DNA of 64,000 bases. It comes from Legionellaceae bacterium (GTDB taxonomy: Bacteria; Pseudomonadota; Gammaproteobacteria; Legionellales; Legionellaceae). The notes below the pieces were generated by a model that ran no database searches, was not told the origin of the DNA, and saw nothing but the letters and a program-made list of their open reading frames with translations. Below, in pieces: positions 39,092 through 48,157 of the stretch (position 1 is the first letter of the stretch; each line of letters opens with the position of its first letter). Location of the stretch: the NCBI GenBank assembly GCA_029212465.1, contig JARGNV010000004.1:41580-105579 (forward strand), in the 5' to 3' direction. Position numbers and translations under genes: made by a program.

Positions 39092-40635
39092 AAAGAAAAA
39101 AGCCCATTTCAACCACCTCTGAGTGGACCCCCGAACTCTTACAGGCCTACGACCGTGAAATTGGCCGTATTGCGCGCGACTTCAAACTAGACACCTATCC
39201 CAACCAAATTGAAATCATTACAGCTGAGCAAATGATGGATTGCTATGCATCGGTTGGCATGCCCATTGGCTACCATCACTGGTCTTTTGGAAAACATTTT
39301 GTCAATGTCGAGAAGCGCTATAAGCGCGGCGAAATGGGGCTTGCGTACGAACTTGTCATTAACTCAAACCCCTGTATTTCCTATCTTATGGAAGAAAATA
39401 CGATGGCAATGCAAGCACTCGTTATCGCACATGCCTGCTACGGCCATAATTCATTTTTCAAAAACAACTACCTCTTTAAAATGTGGACCGATTCTGAGGG
39501 TATCATCGACTATCTCGTTTTTGCACGAAATTATGTGAGCCAGTGTGAAGAAAAATACGGGATTGACGAGGTAGAAGCTATCCTCGACGCATGTCATGCG
39601 CTAATGAATTATGGTGTGGACAGGTATAAGCACCCGCCTCCTATTTCACTACAAGAAGAAAAAATTCGTCAACAAAATCGCGAGGCATATTTGCAGTCAC
39701 AAGTGAACGAGCTATGGCGCACATTGCCCCCTGAAAAAAACAAAGAAGAGCAAGCAACCAAAAAACGTTTTCCTGAAGACTCACAAGAAAACATTCTTTA
39801 TTTTCTCGAAAAAAATGCACCGCTACTCAAACCATGGCAACGAGAATTGATTCGTATCGTGCGAAAAGTAGCACAGTACTTCTATCCCCAGGGTCAAACA
39901 AAAGTGATGAACGAAGGTTGGGCAAGCTTTTGGCATTATACGCTCATGCATGCACTCTATGATGAAGGCCTTGTTACTGATGAATTTATGATTGAAATTT
40001 TACAAAATCATACTAATGTCGTCGCACAGCCCTCCTACGACAGCCCTTATTTTAGCGGTATTAACCCTTACTGCTTAGGCTACAACATGTATCAGGATAT
40101 CCGGCGCATTTGCGAAAATCCAAGTGAAGATGAGAAAAAAAGGTTTCCTCTTATTGCAAATACAGACTGGATCAGTACTTTAGACAACGCGATGCGGAAC
40201 TATAAAGATGAAAGTTTTGTCTCACAGTTTTTATCTCCTAAGTTAATACGCGACTTAAGGCTTTTCATGCTCATAGACAACGACCAAGAGCCTGAAATGC
40301 TCATTAACGCCATTCATAATGAAACAGGTTATGACACTGTACGTGAATCTTTATCTAAACAATATAACCTGGGAAGTATCGACCCAGATATCCAGGTCTT
40401 CTCAGTCGATTTAGAAGGTGATCGCTCACTGACCCTACATTATACACAGCATAACCGTGTGCCACTTGCAAAAGATGCAGAAGAAGTGCTCAAGCACTTA
40501 TACACACTTTGGAAATTTCCCGTTATTCTGAAAACGGTGTCCGTTGATGGAGAACCACTCAAAAGCTTTCGGTGTCCTCTTGAAAGCACACCTGCAACCG
40601 CTGCAAGTGTCCCCATTACAGATTCTGATTCGTAA
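39088..40635 (+). CDS. ycgB: SpoVR/YcgB family protein
   Basis: HHWSFGK and HACYGHNSFFKNN motifs. 4-nt overlap with yeaH. Confidence 0.9.
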   Translation: MKRKKPISTTSEWTPELLQAYDREIGRIARDFKLDTYPNQIEIITAEQMMDCYASVGMPIGYHHWSFGKHFVNVEKRYKRGEMGLAYELVINSNPCISYLMEENTMAMQALVIAHACYGHNSFFKNNYLFKMWTDSEGIIDYLVFARNYVSQCEEKYGIDEVEAILDACHALMNYGVDRYKHPPPISLQEEKIRQQNREAYLQSQVNELWRTLPPEKNKEEQATKKRFPEDSQENILYFLEKNAPLLKPWQRELIRIVRKVAQYFYPQGQTKVMNEGWASFWHYTLMHALYDEGLVTDEFMIEILQNHTNVVAQPSYDSPYFSGINPYCLGYNMYQDIRRICENPSEDEKKRFPLIANTDWISTLDNAMRNYKDESFVSQFLSPKLIRDLRLFMLIDNDQEPEMLINAIHNETGYDTVRESLSKQYNLGSIDPDIQVFSVDLEGDRSLTLHYTQHNRVPLAKDAEEVLKHLYTLWKFPVILKTVSVDGEPLKSFRCPLESTPATAASVPITDSDS

Positions 40636-40660
40636 TTCACGAAGCCTGAAATCCGCGGTA

Positions 40661-41827
40661 TTAAGCGTAATTAGGCAGCTTCCAATCTATTTCATCTATC
40701 TCCTGCGCATTAGCTGAAGCATCAGAAGCGGCTTCACACTTCACGCTCGTATTTGCACTAAATAAACCATACCGACTACCAGAAACCGATGGTTTACAGG
40801 TCTCTTTAGATGTTTGTGTATGACTCGCACCTTTCTTAATCCAAAAATCCATCCCCAATATCAGAGACGCACTTCCTGCAAAAAAAGCCGATACAGCAAA
40901 AAGTGTGGTCATCACGGCAGCTGGGGGCAGCACTACATGAGCAGCAACCAACAAAGTTGTAAAAAGTCCATGCGCAGAATAAGTCAGTGCAGCATTCACA
41001 AACGCATTGGTAAATACACATAAAATCCCAATCATAGCATTGGGAGCTGCCATCATTTCTTGCCATTTATCTCCAAAATTTTTACAAAATTCAGATAAAT
41101 AAAAGTTGTAAAAATAATACTCTGTAAATGCCCCAAAACTAAAAGCAACCAAAAAGCCAGTTATCAGTGCCGGTAAGGCTGCTACTTGAAGCAGCATAAG
41201 CCCTTCTGCCAAGCTGAGTGTAAACAATAAACTCAGTGCGACTACATTTCCCATTGCAATGAGGTGCCCACACCATTTCCCAGCTTGTTGAAGTAGCGTC
41301 AATGTCTCTTTTTCTTTCTTCTCTGTTTCATCATAACTGCTCAACCAAGTCTCTATTTCTTGAATTGTCATAATTGCTGCAACAAATATACCCGCAGCAA
41401 CTGAAAGCATTGCAAGTGGACCTGTCATTGCAAATGTAAAAGCCGTTAATCCAAACAAAACACCCGTCACGGAAAATATGAATATACCACCAAAGTACTG
41501 CACTTTTTCCCAAGGTTTTAGTTGCTTATATCGACAAGACTTATCAGACTTCATTCGTTTGAAGAAATCTTCTAACAAATCCATATTCATCCAAAAATTA
41601 ACCATACCACTACAAAGCCCGCCTGCACCCAATGCAATTGCTTGTGTGAGGGTATAAGACCACTGACTAAGAGGTATGACACCTTTCGCAAACAACTCCA
41701 CCGCTTGATAATTTTGTAATGCAACTCCTGCAGCACCTAATGCCGATAGCAAGTAAGAATAACCTTGTTCTGCATGCCCTTCATTTTTTTTAGTTGTTTC
41801 TTTTATCTCTGAAATTGTATGACTCAT
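40661..41827 (-). CDS. Hypothetical polytopic membrane protein
   Basis: About 8-10 hydrophobic segments and an AAGGG SD. I recognise no family. Acidic C-terminal tail (EIDEIDW). Confidence 0.6.
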   Translation of the reverse strand: MSHTISEIKETTKKNEGHAEQGYSYLLSALGAAGVALQNYQAVELFAKGVIPLSQWSYTLTQAIALGAGGLCSGMVNFWMNMDLLEDFFKRMKSDKSCRYKQLKPWEKVQYFGGIFIFSVTGVLFGLTAFTFAMTGPLAMLSVAAGIFVAAIMTIQEIETWLSSYDETEKKEKETLTLLQQAGKWCGHLIAMGNVVALSLLFTLSLAEGLMLLQVAALPALITGFLVAFSFGAFTEYYFYNFYLSEFCKNFGDKWQEMMAAPNAMIGILCVFTNAFVNAALTYSAHGLFTTLLVAAHVVLPPAAVMTTLFAVSAFFAGSASLILGMDFWIKKGASHTQTSKETCKPSVSGSRYGLFSANTSVKCEAASDASANAQEIDEIDWKLPNYA

Positions 41828-41839
41828 GACGCACCCTTA

Positions 41840-41878
41840 AATAAATAATTATTCATTATAATAATATATTTATTCAAT
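41840..41878. promoter_or_regulatory. Tandem ARG-box-like operators (candidate ArgR binding site)
   Basis: aaTAAATaattATTCAtt (41840-41857), a 3-bp spacer, then atAATATatttATTCAat (41861-41878), compared with the E. coli consensus wnTGAATwwwwATTCAnw. The spacing is canonical and both right halves are perfect. The left halves match 4/5 and 2/5. The region is AT-rich. Confidence 0.4.
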
Positions 41879-41909
41879 CTTTGCAATTGTAATAATGCTA
41901 TTTTAAAAT
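41858..41909. promoter_or_regulatory. Candidate back-to-back divergent promoters sharing the palindromic -35 hexamer TTGCAA
   Basis: Plus strand: TTGCAA (41881-41886), 17 nt, TAAAAT (41904-41909), leading to argR. Minus strand: the same TTGCAA, 17 nt, TATTAT (41863-41858), leading to the membrane protein gene. Confidence 0.3.
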
Positions 41910-41938
41910 GCCCACTTCAATGACATCCGGACTACCTA

Positions 41939-42400
41939 ATGACATCTGCCACCGATTTACTCCGAAAAATACTACTAGAGGGCAATGCGCGCACACAGTC
42001 AGACATTCAGCGCGCGCTACAACAACAGGGTGTTTCAAGCAGTCAGCCTAAAGTGTCGCGCCTACTCCATCAAATAGGCGCAGTTAAAATCATTGACGAA
42101 CAAGGCAAAACGCAATACCGACTCCCGCATGAAACAGGCCTCATTCATGAGCTCACGTCCCCCCAAGAAAAAATGGTTATTCGCCAGTGGGTGCTCAGCA
42201 TCGTGGCAAATGAAACCGCTATTATTATTCACACAACACCTGCTGCTGCAATGCTTGTAGCAAGAAGTATTGACCAAAACAGACAAGCACTCGATGTGCT
42301 CGGTACTATTGCAGGTGATGACACTATTTTAATTATTCCTAAAGAAATGAAGAAAATCACCCAAACACTCAACACCATTTCTCAGTTTTTAGATTTATAA
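41939..42400 (+). CDS. argR: Arginine repressor
   Basis: Winged-helix N-terminus (QSDIQRALQQQGVSSSQPKVSRLLHQIG) and a C-terminal oligomerisation domain (GTIAGDDTILII). Confidence 0.9.
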   Translation: MTSATDLLRKILLEGNARTQSDIQRALQQQGVSSSQPKVSRLLHQIGAVKIIDEQGKTQYRLPHETGLIHELTSPQEKMVIRQWVLSIVANETAIIIHTTPAAAMLVARSIDQNRQALDVLGTIAGDDTILIIPKEMKKITQTLNTISQFLDL

Positions 42401-42515
42401 CCCTCTCTGCTGACGATATTAACTAACCATTGAGACAACTAAGCATCGCACAAGGCTGCCAAAAACCCAGAAATAGTCTAAAATTAAAACATAATGGTTT
42501 AGTTAAGAGAAAAAT

Positions 42516-43424
42516 ATGGCGCCACTGACATCAACAAACGAGCTAATTAAAGAGTATGGCAAAGCGCTCATCGACGGTACGATAAATGATGAAGAGCTCA
42601 GCGCATTAATGAATGATGAGCGTTTTAGTAGAAGTAGTACCTATGACGCCTTTAGCCCTGTAACCGATAGCAATCACTCAGTACTCGACTCACTTCGAGA
42701 TTTTGTTGCAACCATTGGCCCTCAAATTCCACTTGCCACATTTCATCAGCTCACCATACAACTCATAGCACCTGCCGTTAAAGCGCTTGAAGGAGTAACG
42801 CAGGCACGTAGAGATACGCTGATGCGAGACTCAACCCTCGATAGAATCTTCCTAAGCTACGAGTTCGCGCATGCTAAAGATGCCGCTGAAACACATTTTC
42901 AAAAAGGTGGCATACTCTATCAATTTCAACTTCCTAAAAATGAAGAAAGCCTGAAAAATGTGTTGCTAAAAGAAAATATTCGGTTTTTTAAAACGGTTAG
43001 AGATCAAGCCAAAGCTGCGGAAAAAGAGGAGCGAGAAGCGATTTGGGGAGAAATTATTACAACAGCCACCAACGCCCCCGAAATAGACATACAGTTAAGA
43101 ACTCAAGTTATTAATCTTGCTTCAAAATTACTAGATAAGCCGAGCCAAGCATTAATACAACAATTCCAGGAGCTAACAGTACTAGTAAAAGAAACAGAAG
43201 CAGCCCTTAGTGAAGAATTGACACCCTCAAAAACTAAAGGCTTTTTAAGCTCACTGATGGAGGGGTTTACTCAATTATGCTGTCGCTTGCTTTCCCCCTT
43301 TATGAGCATAATAGGTAAAAAAGAAACGATTTCGAAAGAAGTACTCTCAGACATTATGGAGAAATATGTGCCCAAACTAGAAGGTGGGCGTGATGGAACC
43401 CCTGCAGACAGCGCGCATATTTAA
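42516..43424 (+). CDS. Hypothetical protein, helical, orphan/effector-like
   Basis: I recognise no family. The ORF is 302 aa. Confidence 0.5.
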   Translation: MAPLTSTNELIKEYGKALIDGTINDEELSALMNDERFSRSSTYDAFSPVTDSNHSVLDSLRDFVATIGPQIPLATFHQLTIQLIAPAVKALEGVTQARRDTLMRDSTLDRIFLSYEFAHAKDAAETHFQKGGILYQFQLPKNEESLKNVLLKENIRFFKTVRDQAKAAEKEEREAIWGEIITTATNAPEIDIQLRTQVINLASKLLDKPSQALIQQFQELTVLVKETEAALSEELTPSKTKGFLSSLMEGFTQLCCRLLSPFMSIIGKKETISKEVLSDIMEKYVPKLEGGRDGTPADSAHI

Positions 43425-44602
43425 GCTTCAAGCTGCTTTAAGCCAAGCACAGGGAATACAATTATCGATAACACACCTGCACCAACGAGTGCAACCGCAT
43501 TAGCTGGTAATAGTTTGCCTGTCATTACCCCAAGGTGGGTTATTACAACAATTAAAGGCAATGTTGTTGCGGAAAAACATGTCAAGGCCTCACGCTCTTT
43601 AAAGCTCAACTCCCCTCGCAACAATACAAAGATAGGTAAAATGCGTACTAAGAGTAAGCACACAAAGAAAAACAACATCCGCCCGACGGTACTGAATGTT
43701 GCAAACGCTTGAATATCAACATGCATCCCGCTCACTATAAAAAATAGCGGTATCATAAAACTGTATCCAAGCGCTTTTAACTTGCCATCAATCAGCATTC
43801 TATCTTGTGCTGCTGTAAATCGTCGCAATACCATTCCCGCAGCAAAAGCGCCCAGCAATACGTTAAGTTTGAATTGTATCGCCAAAACCACCAACAAAAA
43901 AATTAAAAACACCGAAACTCGTACAGGCAGTTGGCTACTTAAATGAAAATGATCGCGCACAAACTGAAACGTTTTCAGTTGATACAAGGTTGCAAATGAC
44001 CATGCAACAACCATTGCAATCACAATAAATGCAACCAATAACAGGCTTGTCGTCGCCAATGAGGCGGTTGTAAATAAAAGCGACATCAACAAAATAGGCG
44101 CAAACTGCCCCACCGACCCCACTGCGAGCACGAGTGTTTTAAACTTTGAACGAGTCACATGAGTATCTTGCAGCATTGGTAATAAAGCACCGAGTGCAGT
44201 TGTACTCAATGCAAGTGCAACAAGCGTGACTTCGGTGACCAATCCCACCTCCAGCATACCCTGAGTCAGTACAAATGCCGTTAGCAAAGCAGTAAGCCAA
44301 CACACCGTTGCAAGCAAAAGCATACGCCCCCTCATATGCTGCACATCGATTTCAAAGCCAACCAGAAAAATAAGTAGTGTTAACCCAATCATCGCAAGCG
44401 CATCAATTTGAGGGAGTGGCTGCACCCAGTTTAATACGTGTGGCCCTATAATGACTCCGCACACTAGTTCAAATACAATGGAGGGGATAAAAACCCATTT
44501 TATTTTTTCTGAAAAAATGGGCGCAAGCACAGAGGCTGCGCTGATAATTAAAAGCTTTATCGCCAAGAGCTGTCGCAAGTCAGTCATCAAATGAGATGCC
44601 AT
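43421..44602 (-). CDS. Cation:proton antiporter (CPA2-like)
   Basis: 393 aa with about 11-12 TM segments and the typical Na_H_exchanger N-terminus (LLIISAASVLAPIFSEKIK.P.IV.ELVCGVIIGP). Confidence 0.75.
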   Translation of the reverse strand: MASHLMTDLRQLLAIKLLIISAASVLAPIFSEKIKWVFIPSIVFELVCGVIIGPHVLNWVQPLPQIDALAMIGLTLLIFLVGFEIDVQHMRGRMLLLATVCWLTALLTAFVLTQGMLEVGLVTEVTLVALALSTTALGALLPMLQDTHVTRSKFKTLVLAVGSVGQFAPILLMSLLFTTASLATTSLLLVAFIVIAMVVAWSFATLYQLKTFQFVRDHFHLSSQLPVRVSVFLIFLLVVLAIQFKLNVLLGAFAAGMVLRRFTAAQDRMLIDGKLKALGYSFMIPLFFIVSGMHVDIQAFATFSTVGRMLFFFVCLLLVRILPIFVLLRGELSFKEREALTCFSATTLPLIVVITHLGVMTGKLLPANAVALVGAGVLSIIVFPVLGLKQLEA

Positions 44603-44645
44603 AAGCGCGCCTTAATAAGAGATGCTTATTTTATATAAAGGATTT

Positions 44646-45521
44646 TCAAGCGGATTCTAAAAAGTCGCGCACTTTTTTCATCGCGCTTTTTTCAAGCTGA
44701 CGCACTCTTTCTGCCGAAATATCATATTTTTCAGCTAACGCATGTAGCGTCATTCCTTTTTCATCTTGGAGCCAGCGCTGCTTTAAAATATCTTGACTGC
44801 GAGTATCAAGCCGCGTTATTGCAAGGTGTAATTTCTCTCCATCTTGCAGCTCATCGTCTTCTTGCTCAATAATACGGGCAGGATCAGCATTTGCATCGCC
44901 CAAGTAGCGCGCAGGTGTAAATTGATAGCCGGCAGAAAATTCATCGTCTGAATCATCACCATCCCAAGCTGCATCCATTGCATTAAGGCGCATTTCCATC
45001 ACTTGCACATCCTTAGGTGTTACCCCTAAGTCTTCTGCAACCGCGTGGATTTCTTCCTGACTACACCACCCAAGCCTTTTTTTCATTTGACGCAAGTTAA
45101 AAAATAATTTGCGCTGTGCTTTAGTTGTTGCAATTTTCACAATACGCCAGTTTTTAATGACAAATTCATGAATTTCAGATTTAATCCAATGCACAGCAAA
45201 AGACACAAGCCGTACACCGAGACTTGGATCAAACCGTTTTACGGCCTTCATAAGGCCAACATTGCCTTCTTGAATTAAATCGTTTAAAGGAAGGCCATAC
45301 CCAAGATACCCACGTGCAACTCGAACCACATAGCGCAAATGCGCAAGCACCAGTTGACGCGCACTATCAATATCACCTTCCTCATGAAAACGCCTCGCAT
45401 ATTCATGCTCTTCTTCGGGTGTTAATAATGGAAGTTGGTTTGCTTGGTGAATATAAGCGTCCACCCCCCCAATCGGAAGATGGGCCGACTCCAACTGCAT
45501 AGGTAGATTCATAATGGACAA
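44646..45521 (-). CDS. rpoH: RNA polymerase sigma-32 factor RpoH
   Basis: RpoH box QRKLFFNLRQMKKRL and sigma70 regions 2-4. The ATG at 45512 is an alternative start. Confidence 0.95.
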   Translation of the reverse strand: MSIMNLPMQLESAHLPIGGVDAYIHQANQLPLLTPEEEHEYARRFHEEGDIDSARQLVLAHLRYVVRVARGYLGYGLPLNDLIQEGNVGLMKAVKRFDPSLGVRLVSFAVHWIKSEIHEFVIKNWRIVKIATTKAQRKLFFNLRQMKKRLGWCSQEEIHAVAEDLGVTPKDVQVMEMRLNAMDAAWDGDDSDDEFSAGYQFTPARYLGDANADPARIIEQEDDELQDGEKLHLAITRLDTRSQDILKQRWLQDEKGMTLHALAEKYDISAERVRQLEKSAMKKVRDFLESA

Positions 45522-45577
45522 TCCCTCCTAAAATAAAACACAGGCATGCCGTATTTTGTGATGGATTGTAGCATAGC

Positions 45578-46507
45578 TCAATGGCAAGGCTCAATATGTG
45601 ACAGCTGGCGTTTTAAAGGAAGATAGGCACCAATCCACCCAAGCAAAAGCCCAAGTAACACACAAAGCACAACTTGATGTGCCGAAAACCCAACTGAAAA
45701 AGATATGCCAAATTCTGGAGCAACCCATGCACGCAGTGCATGGCCAAGACTTAGCAAAATGACATATCCCCCTAAAAAAGCACCCAGCACCCCCAACATA
45801 CCAAGGCACGCACCTGTATACAAAAAAGGTCTCAAAATAAAGGCATCTGTCGCGCCAATCAGTTTAAGTAGTTGAATTTCATCATGATGCTCTTCCGCTG
45901 CAAGTCTTAACAAATTGCGAATGATAAAAACAACCATTAACCCAAAAAGTGCACCCAACACCCAAGTCAGGTGAACCATAAAGTCAAGCAATCCATGTAG
46001 CCTGCCCACCCAATCTCGATTTAATTTTGCTTGCTCAACATGTGGATACTGCTGCAATACCCGAAAAAGCACTTCTACTTGCTCTGGGGTGCTTATCGTA
46101 GCAGCAGGCATCACCTCAATCATTGCAGGCAAAGGATTTTCTGGTAAATATTTTCTAATATCTTTCATGCCTTCTTGCTTTTCAAGCTCAGCTAAGCTGT
46201 CATCCGCACTCACAAAAAGAGCGCTAGCAACGCCATTCGTTTCAACAATACGCTGCATTAAAGCAGCTTCATCGGCCGACTCAAACGACGCATCAAGATA
46301 CAGTGCGATTTCCTTCCCTTGCTGCCACTCATTTACAACCGGCTTTAGTTGCTCCATGAGCACCCAAAATAGAAGTGGTAAAACCAAAGTAATCGCAATC
46401 ACCACAACCGTCATCATCATTGTCCACGGCGCACGCTTAAACGCTGCGGCGCTCTGTCCCATGGCCTGCATCTGTCGAAGTATCAATTGACGACTTTTTT
46501 TTAGCAC
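45578..46507 (-). CDS. ftsX: Cell division ABC transporter permease FtsX
   Basis: Four-TM FtsX topology, downstream of ftsE. Confidence 0.9.
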   Translation of the reverse strand: MLKKSRQLILRQMQAMGQSAAAFKRAPWTMMMTVVVIAITLVLPLLFWVLMEQLKPVVNEWQQGKEIALYLDASFESADEAALMQRIVETNGVASALFVSADDSLAELEKQEGMKDIRKYLPENPLPAMIEVMPAATISTPEQVEVLFRVLQQYPHVEQAKLNRDWVGRLHGLLDFMVHLTWVLGALFGLMVVFIIRNLLRLAAEEHHDEIQLLKLIGATDAFILRPFLYTGACLGMLGVLGAFLGGYVILLSLGHALRAWVAPEFGISFSVGFSAHQVVLCVLLGLLLGWIGAYLPLKRQLSHIEPCH

Positions 46508-47151
46508 AGCTTTCCCTCTTTAAGCCATAAAATACGGTGTTTCATATGCGCAATAAGCGATAATTCATGCGTTGCGATTAAAACACCTACACCGGCTTGG
46601 TTAAACTGTTCAAACAACGCCATGATATCCATCGATAAAGCAGGGTCTAAATTGCCTGTTGGCTCATCCGCAAGCAACCAATCTGGCTTATGTACAATGG
46701 CGCGCGCAAGTCCAACACGCTGTTGCTCTCCACCGGACAGATGCACCGGCAAAACCTTTTCTTTTGAGAGCAATCCCACTTTATCGAGTGCGCCCTGAAC
46801 ACGTTTAATCATTTGTGGGTGAGGTAAACCTTCGATATGCAGAGGTAGGGCGACGTTATCAAACACCGTTCTGTCATATAGCAAATGAGGGGATTGGAGC
46901 GTTATCCCAAAACGTGCACGGTATGCGGCAATATCATTTCTTTTAAATGTCCGCAGTGACTTTCCATGCATCAAAATATCGCCCGACGACGGGCGCTCAA
47001 GGAGTGCTGCCAACTTCAAGAGCGTACTCTTCCCAGCGCCTGAGCGGCCTGTCAAAAATGCCATCTCTCCTTTTTCCAGAGAAAAATCCACGTAACTTAA
47101 CGCTTCATGCCCCCCGGGATATCGTTTACTGACTTGTTTGAACTGAATCAT
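46501..47151 (-). CDS. ftsE: Cell division ATP-binding protein FtsE
   Basis: MIQFKQVSKRYPGG..., GRSGAGKST and LSGGEQQR. The start was moved to the ATG at 47151; the track's upstream extension is not FtsE-like. Confidence 0.93.
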   Translation of the reverse strand: MIQFKQVSKRYPGGHEALSYVDFSLEKGEMAFLTGRSGAGKSTLLKLAALLERPSSGDILMHGKSLRTFKRNDIAAYRARFGITLQSPHLLYDRTVFDNVALPLHIEGLPHPQMIKRVQGALDKVGLLSKEKVLPVHLSGGEQQRVGLARAIVHKPDWLLADEPTGNLDPALSMDIMALFEQFNQAGVGVLIATHELSLIAHMKHRILWLKEGKLC

Positions 47152-48100
47152 TCTCAAAAATGGCCTGAACAAATTGTTGCGCGTCGAATGCTCGCAAGTC
47201 TTCCATCCCTTCTCCAACACCAATATAACGAAAAGGAAGGCCCAATTCATCGGCTATTGCGAATAAAATACCCCCTTTAGCCGTTCCATCTAACTTGGTA
47301 ATAGTAATGCCTGTCACGCCAACGGCCTCATTAAATTGCCGCGCCTGACTTAATGCATTTTGACCAATACTCGCATCCAATACAAGCATCACTTCGTGTG
47401 GTGCATTCTCATCTATTTTTTGTAAAACACGTTTTACCTTCTTAAGCTCATCCATCAAATTGCCTTGTGTATGCAGCCGCCCTGCTGTATCGGCAATCAG
47501 TATATCAGCACCTCGTGCTTTTGCGGCTTGAAAGGCATCAAACACAACAGAGGCACTATCAGCACCAGTATGTTGCGCAATAACCGGAATGTCACTACGT
47601 GCTCCCCATGCCTGCAACTGCTCAACAGCTGCCGCTCGAAATGTATCTCCCGCCGCCAACATAACGCGCTTTCCCATACTTTGATACAACTTTGCAAGCT
47701 TTCCCATACTGGTTGTTTTACCTGCACCATTAATTCCTACCATTAGGATCACAAAAGGCGTTTTATCAGGTGTTTCAAGTGTAAGGGTTGACGGGTTCTC
47801 TACTAAAAGGCGCGTCATCAGCTCCTGAAGTGCCTGAAAAACCGCTTCTCCGTCTGCAAGCTCTTTCCGCGCTAAACGTTCTGTTAACTGTGCTAATATT
47901 TTCTGTGTTGTTTTAATACCTAAATCGGCGCTCACCAAAAGCGTTTCGAGCGATTCAAGCAATGCTGCATCAACTTCTTTTTTTCCAAGTAGTAAACGCC
48001 CAAGTCTTTGCCCAAGCCCTTCTTGCAAGCGCGACCACATGCCTTTTTTTTCTGTAACAGAGGCCGTTTCTTCTGATTGATTTTTTTTAAACCACTTCAT
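47126..48100 (-). CDS. ftsY: Signal recognition particle receptor FtsY (short A domain)
   Basis: GINGAGKTT, DTAGR and TKLDGTAKGG motifs. Confidence 0.95.
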   Translation of the reverse strand: MKWFKKNQSEETASVTEKKGMWSRLQEGLGQRLGRLLLGKKEVDAALLESLETLLVSADLGIKTTQKILAQLTERLARKELADGEAVFQALQELMTRLLVENPSTLTLETPDKTPFVILMVGINGAGKTTSMGKLAKLYQSMGKRVMLAAGDTFRAAAVEQLQAWGARSDIPVIAQHTGADSASVVFDAFQAAKARGADILIADTAGRLHTQGNLMDELKKVKRVLQKIDENAPHEVMLVLDASIGQNALSQARQFNEAVGVTGITITKLDGTAKGGILFAIADELGLPFRYIGVGEGMEDLRAFDAQQFVQAIFENDSVQTSQ

Positions 48101-48157
48101 TTGCTATACAAATCCTGTTAAATGTGAAATTCTATCATTTTTTTCCTGGAGTGAACC

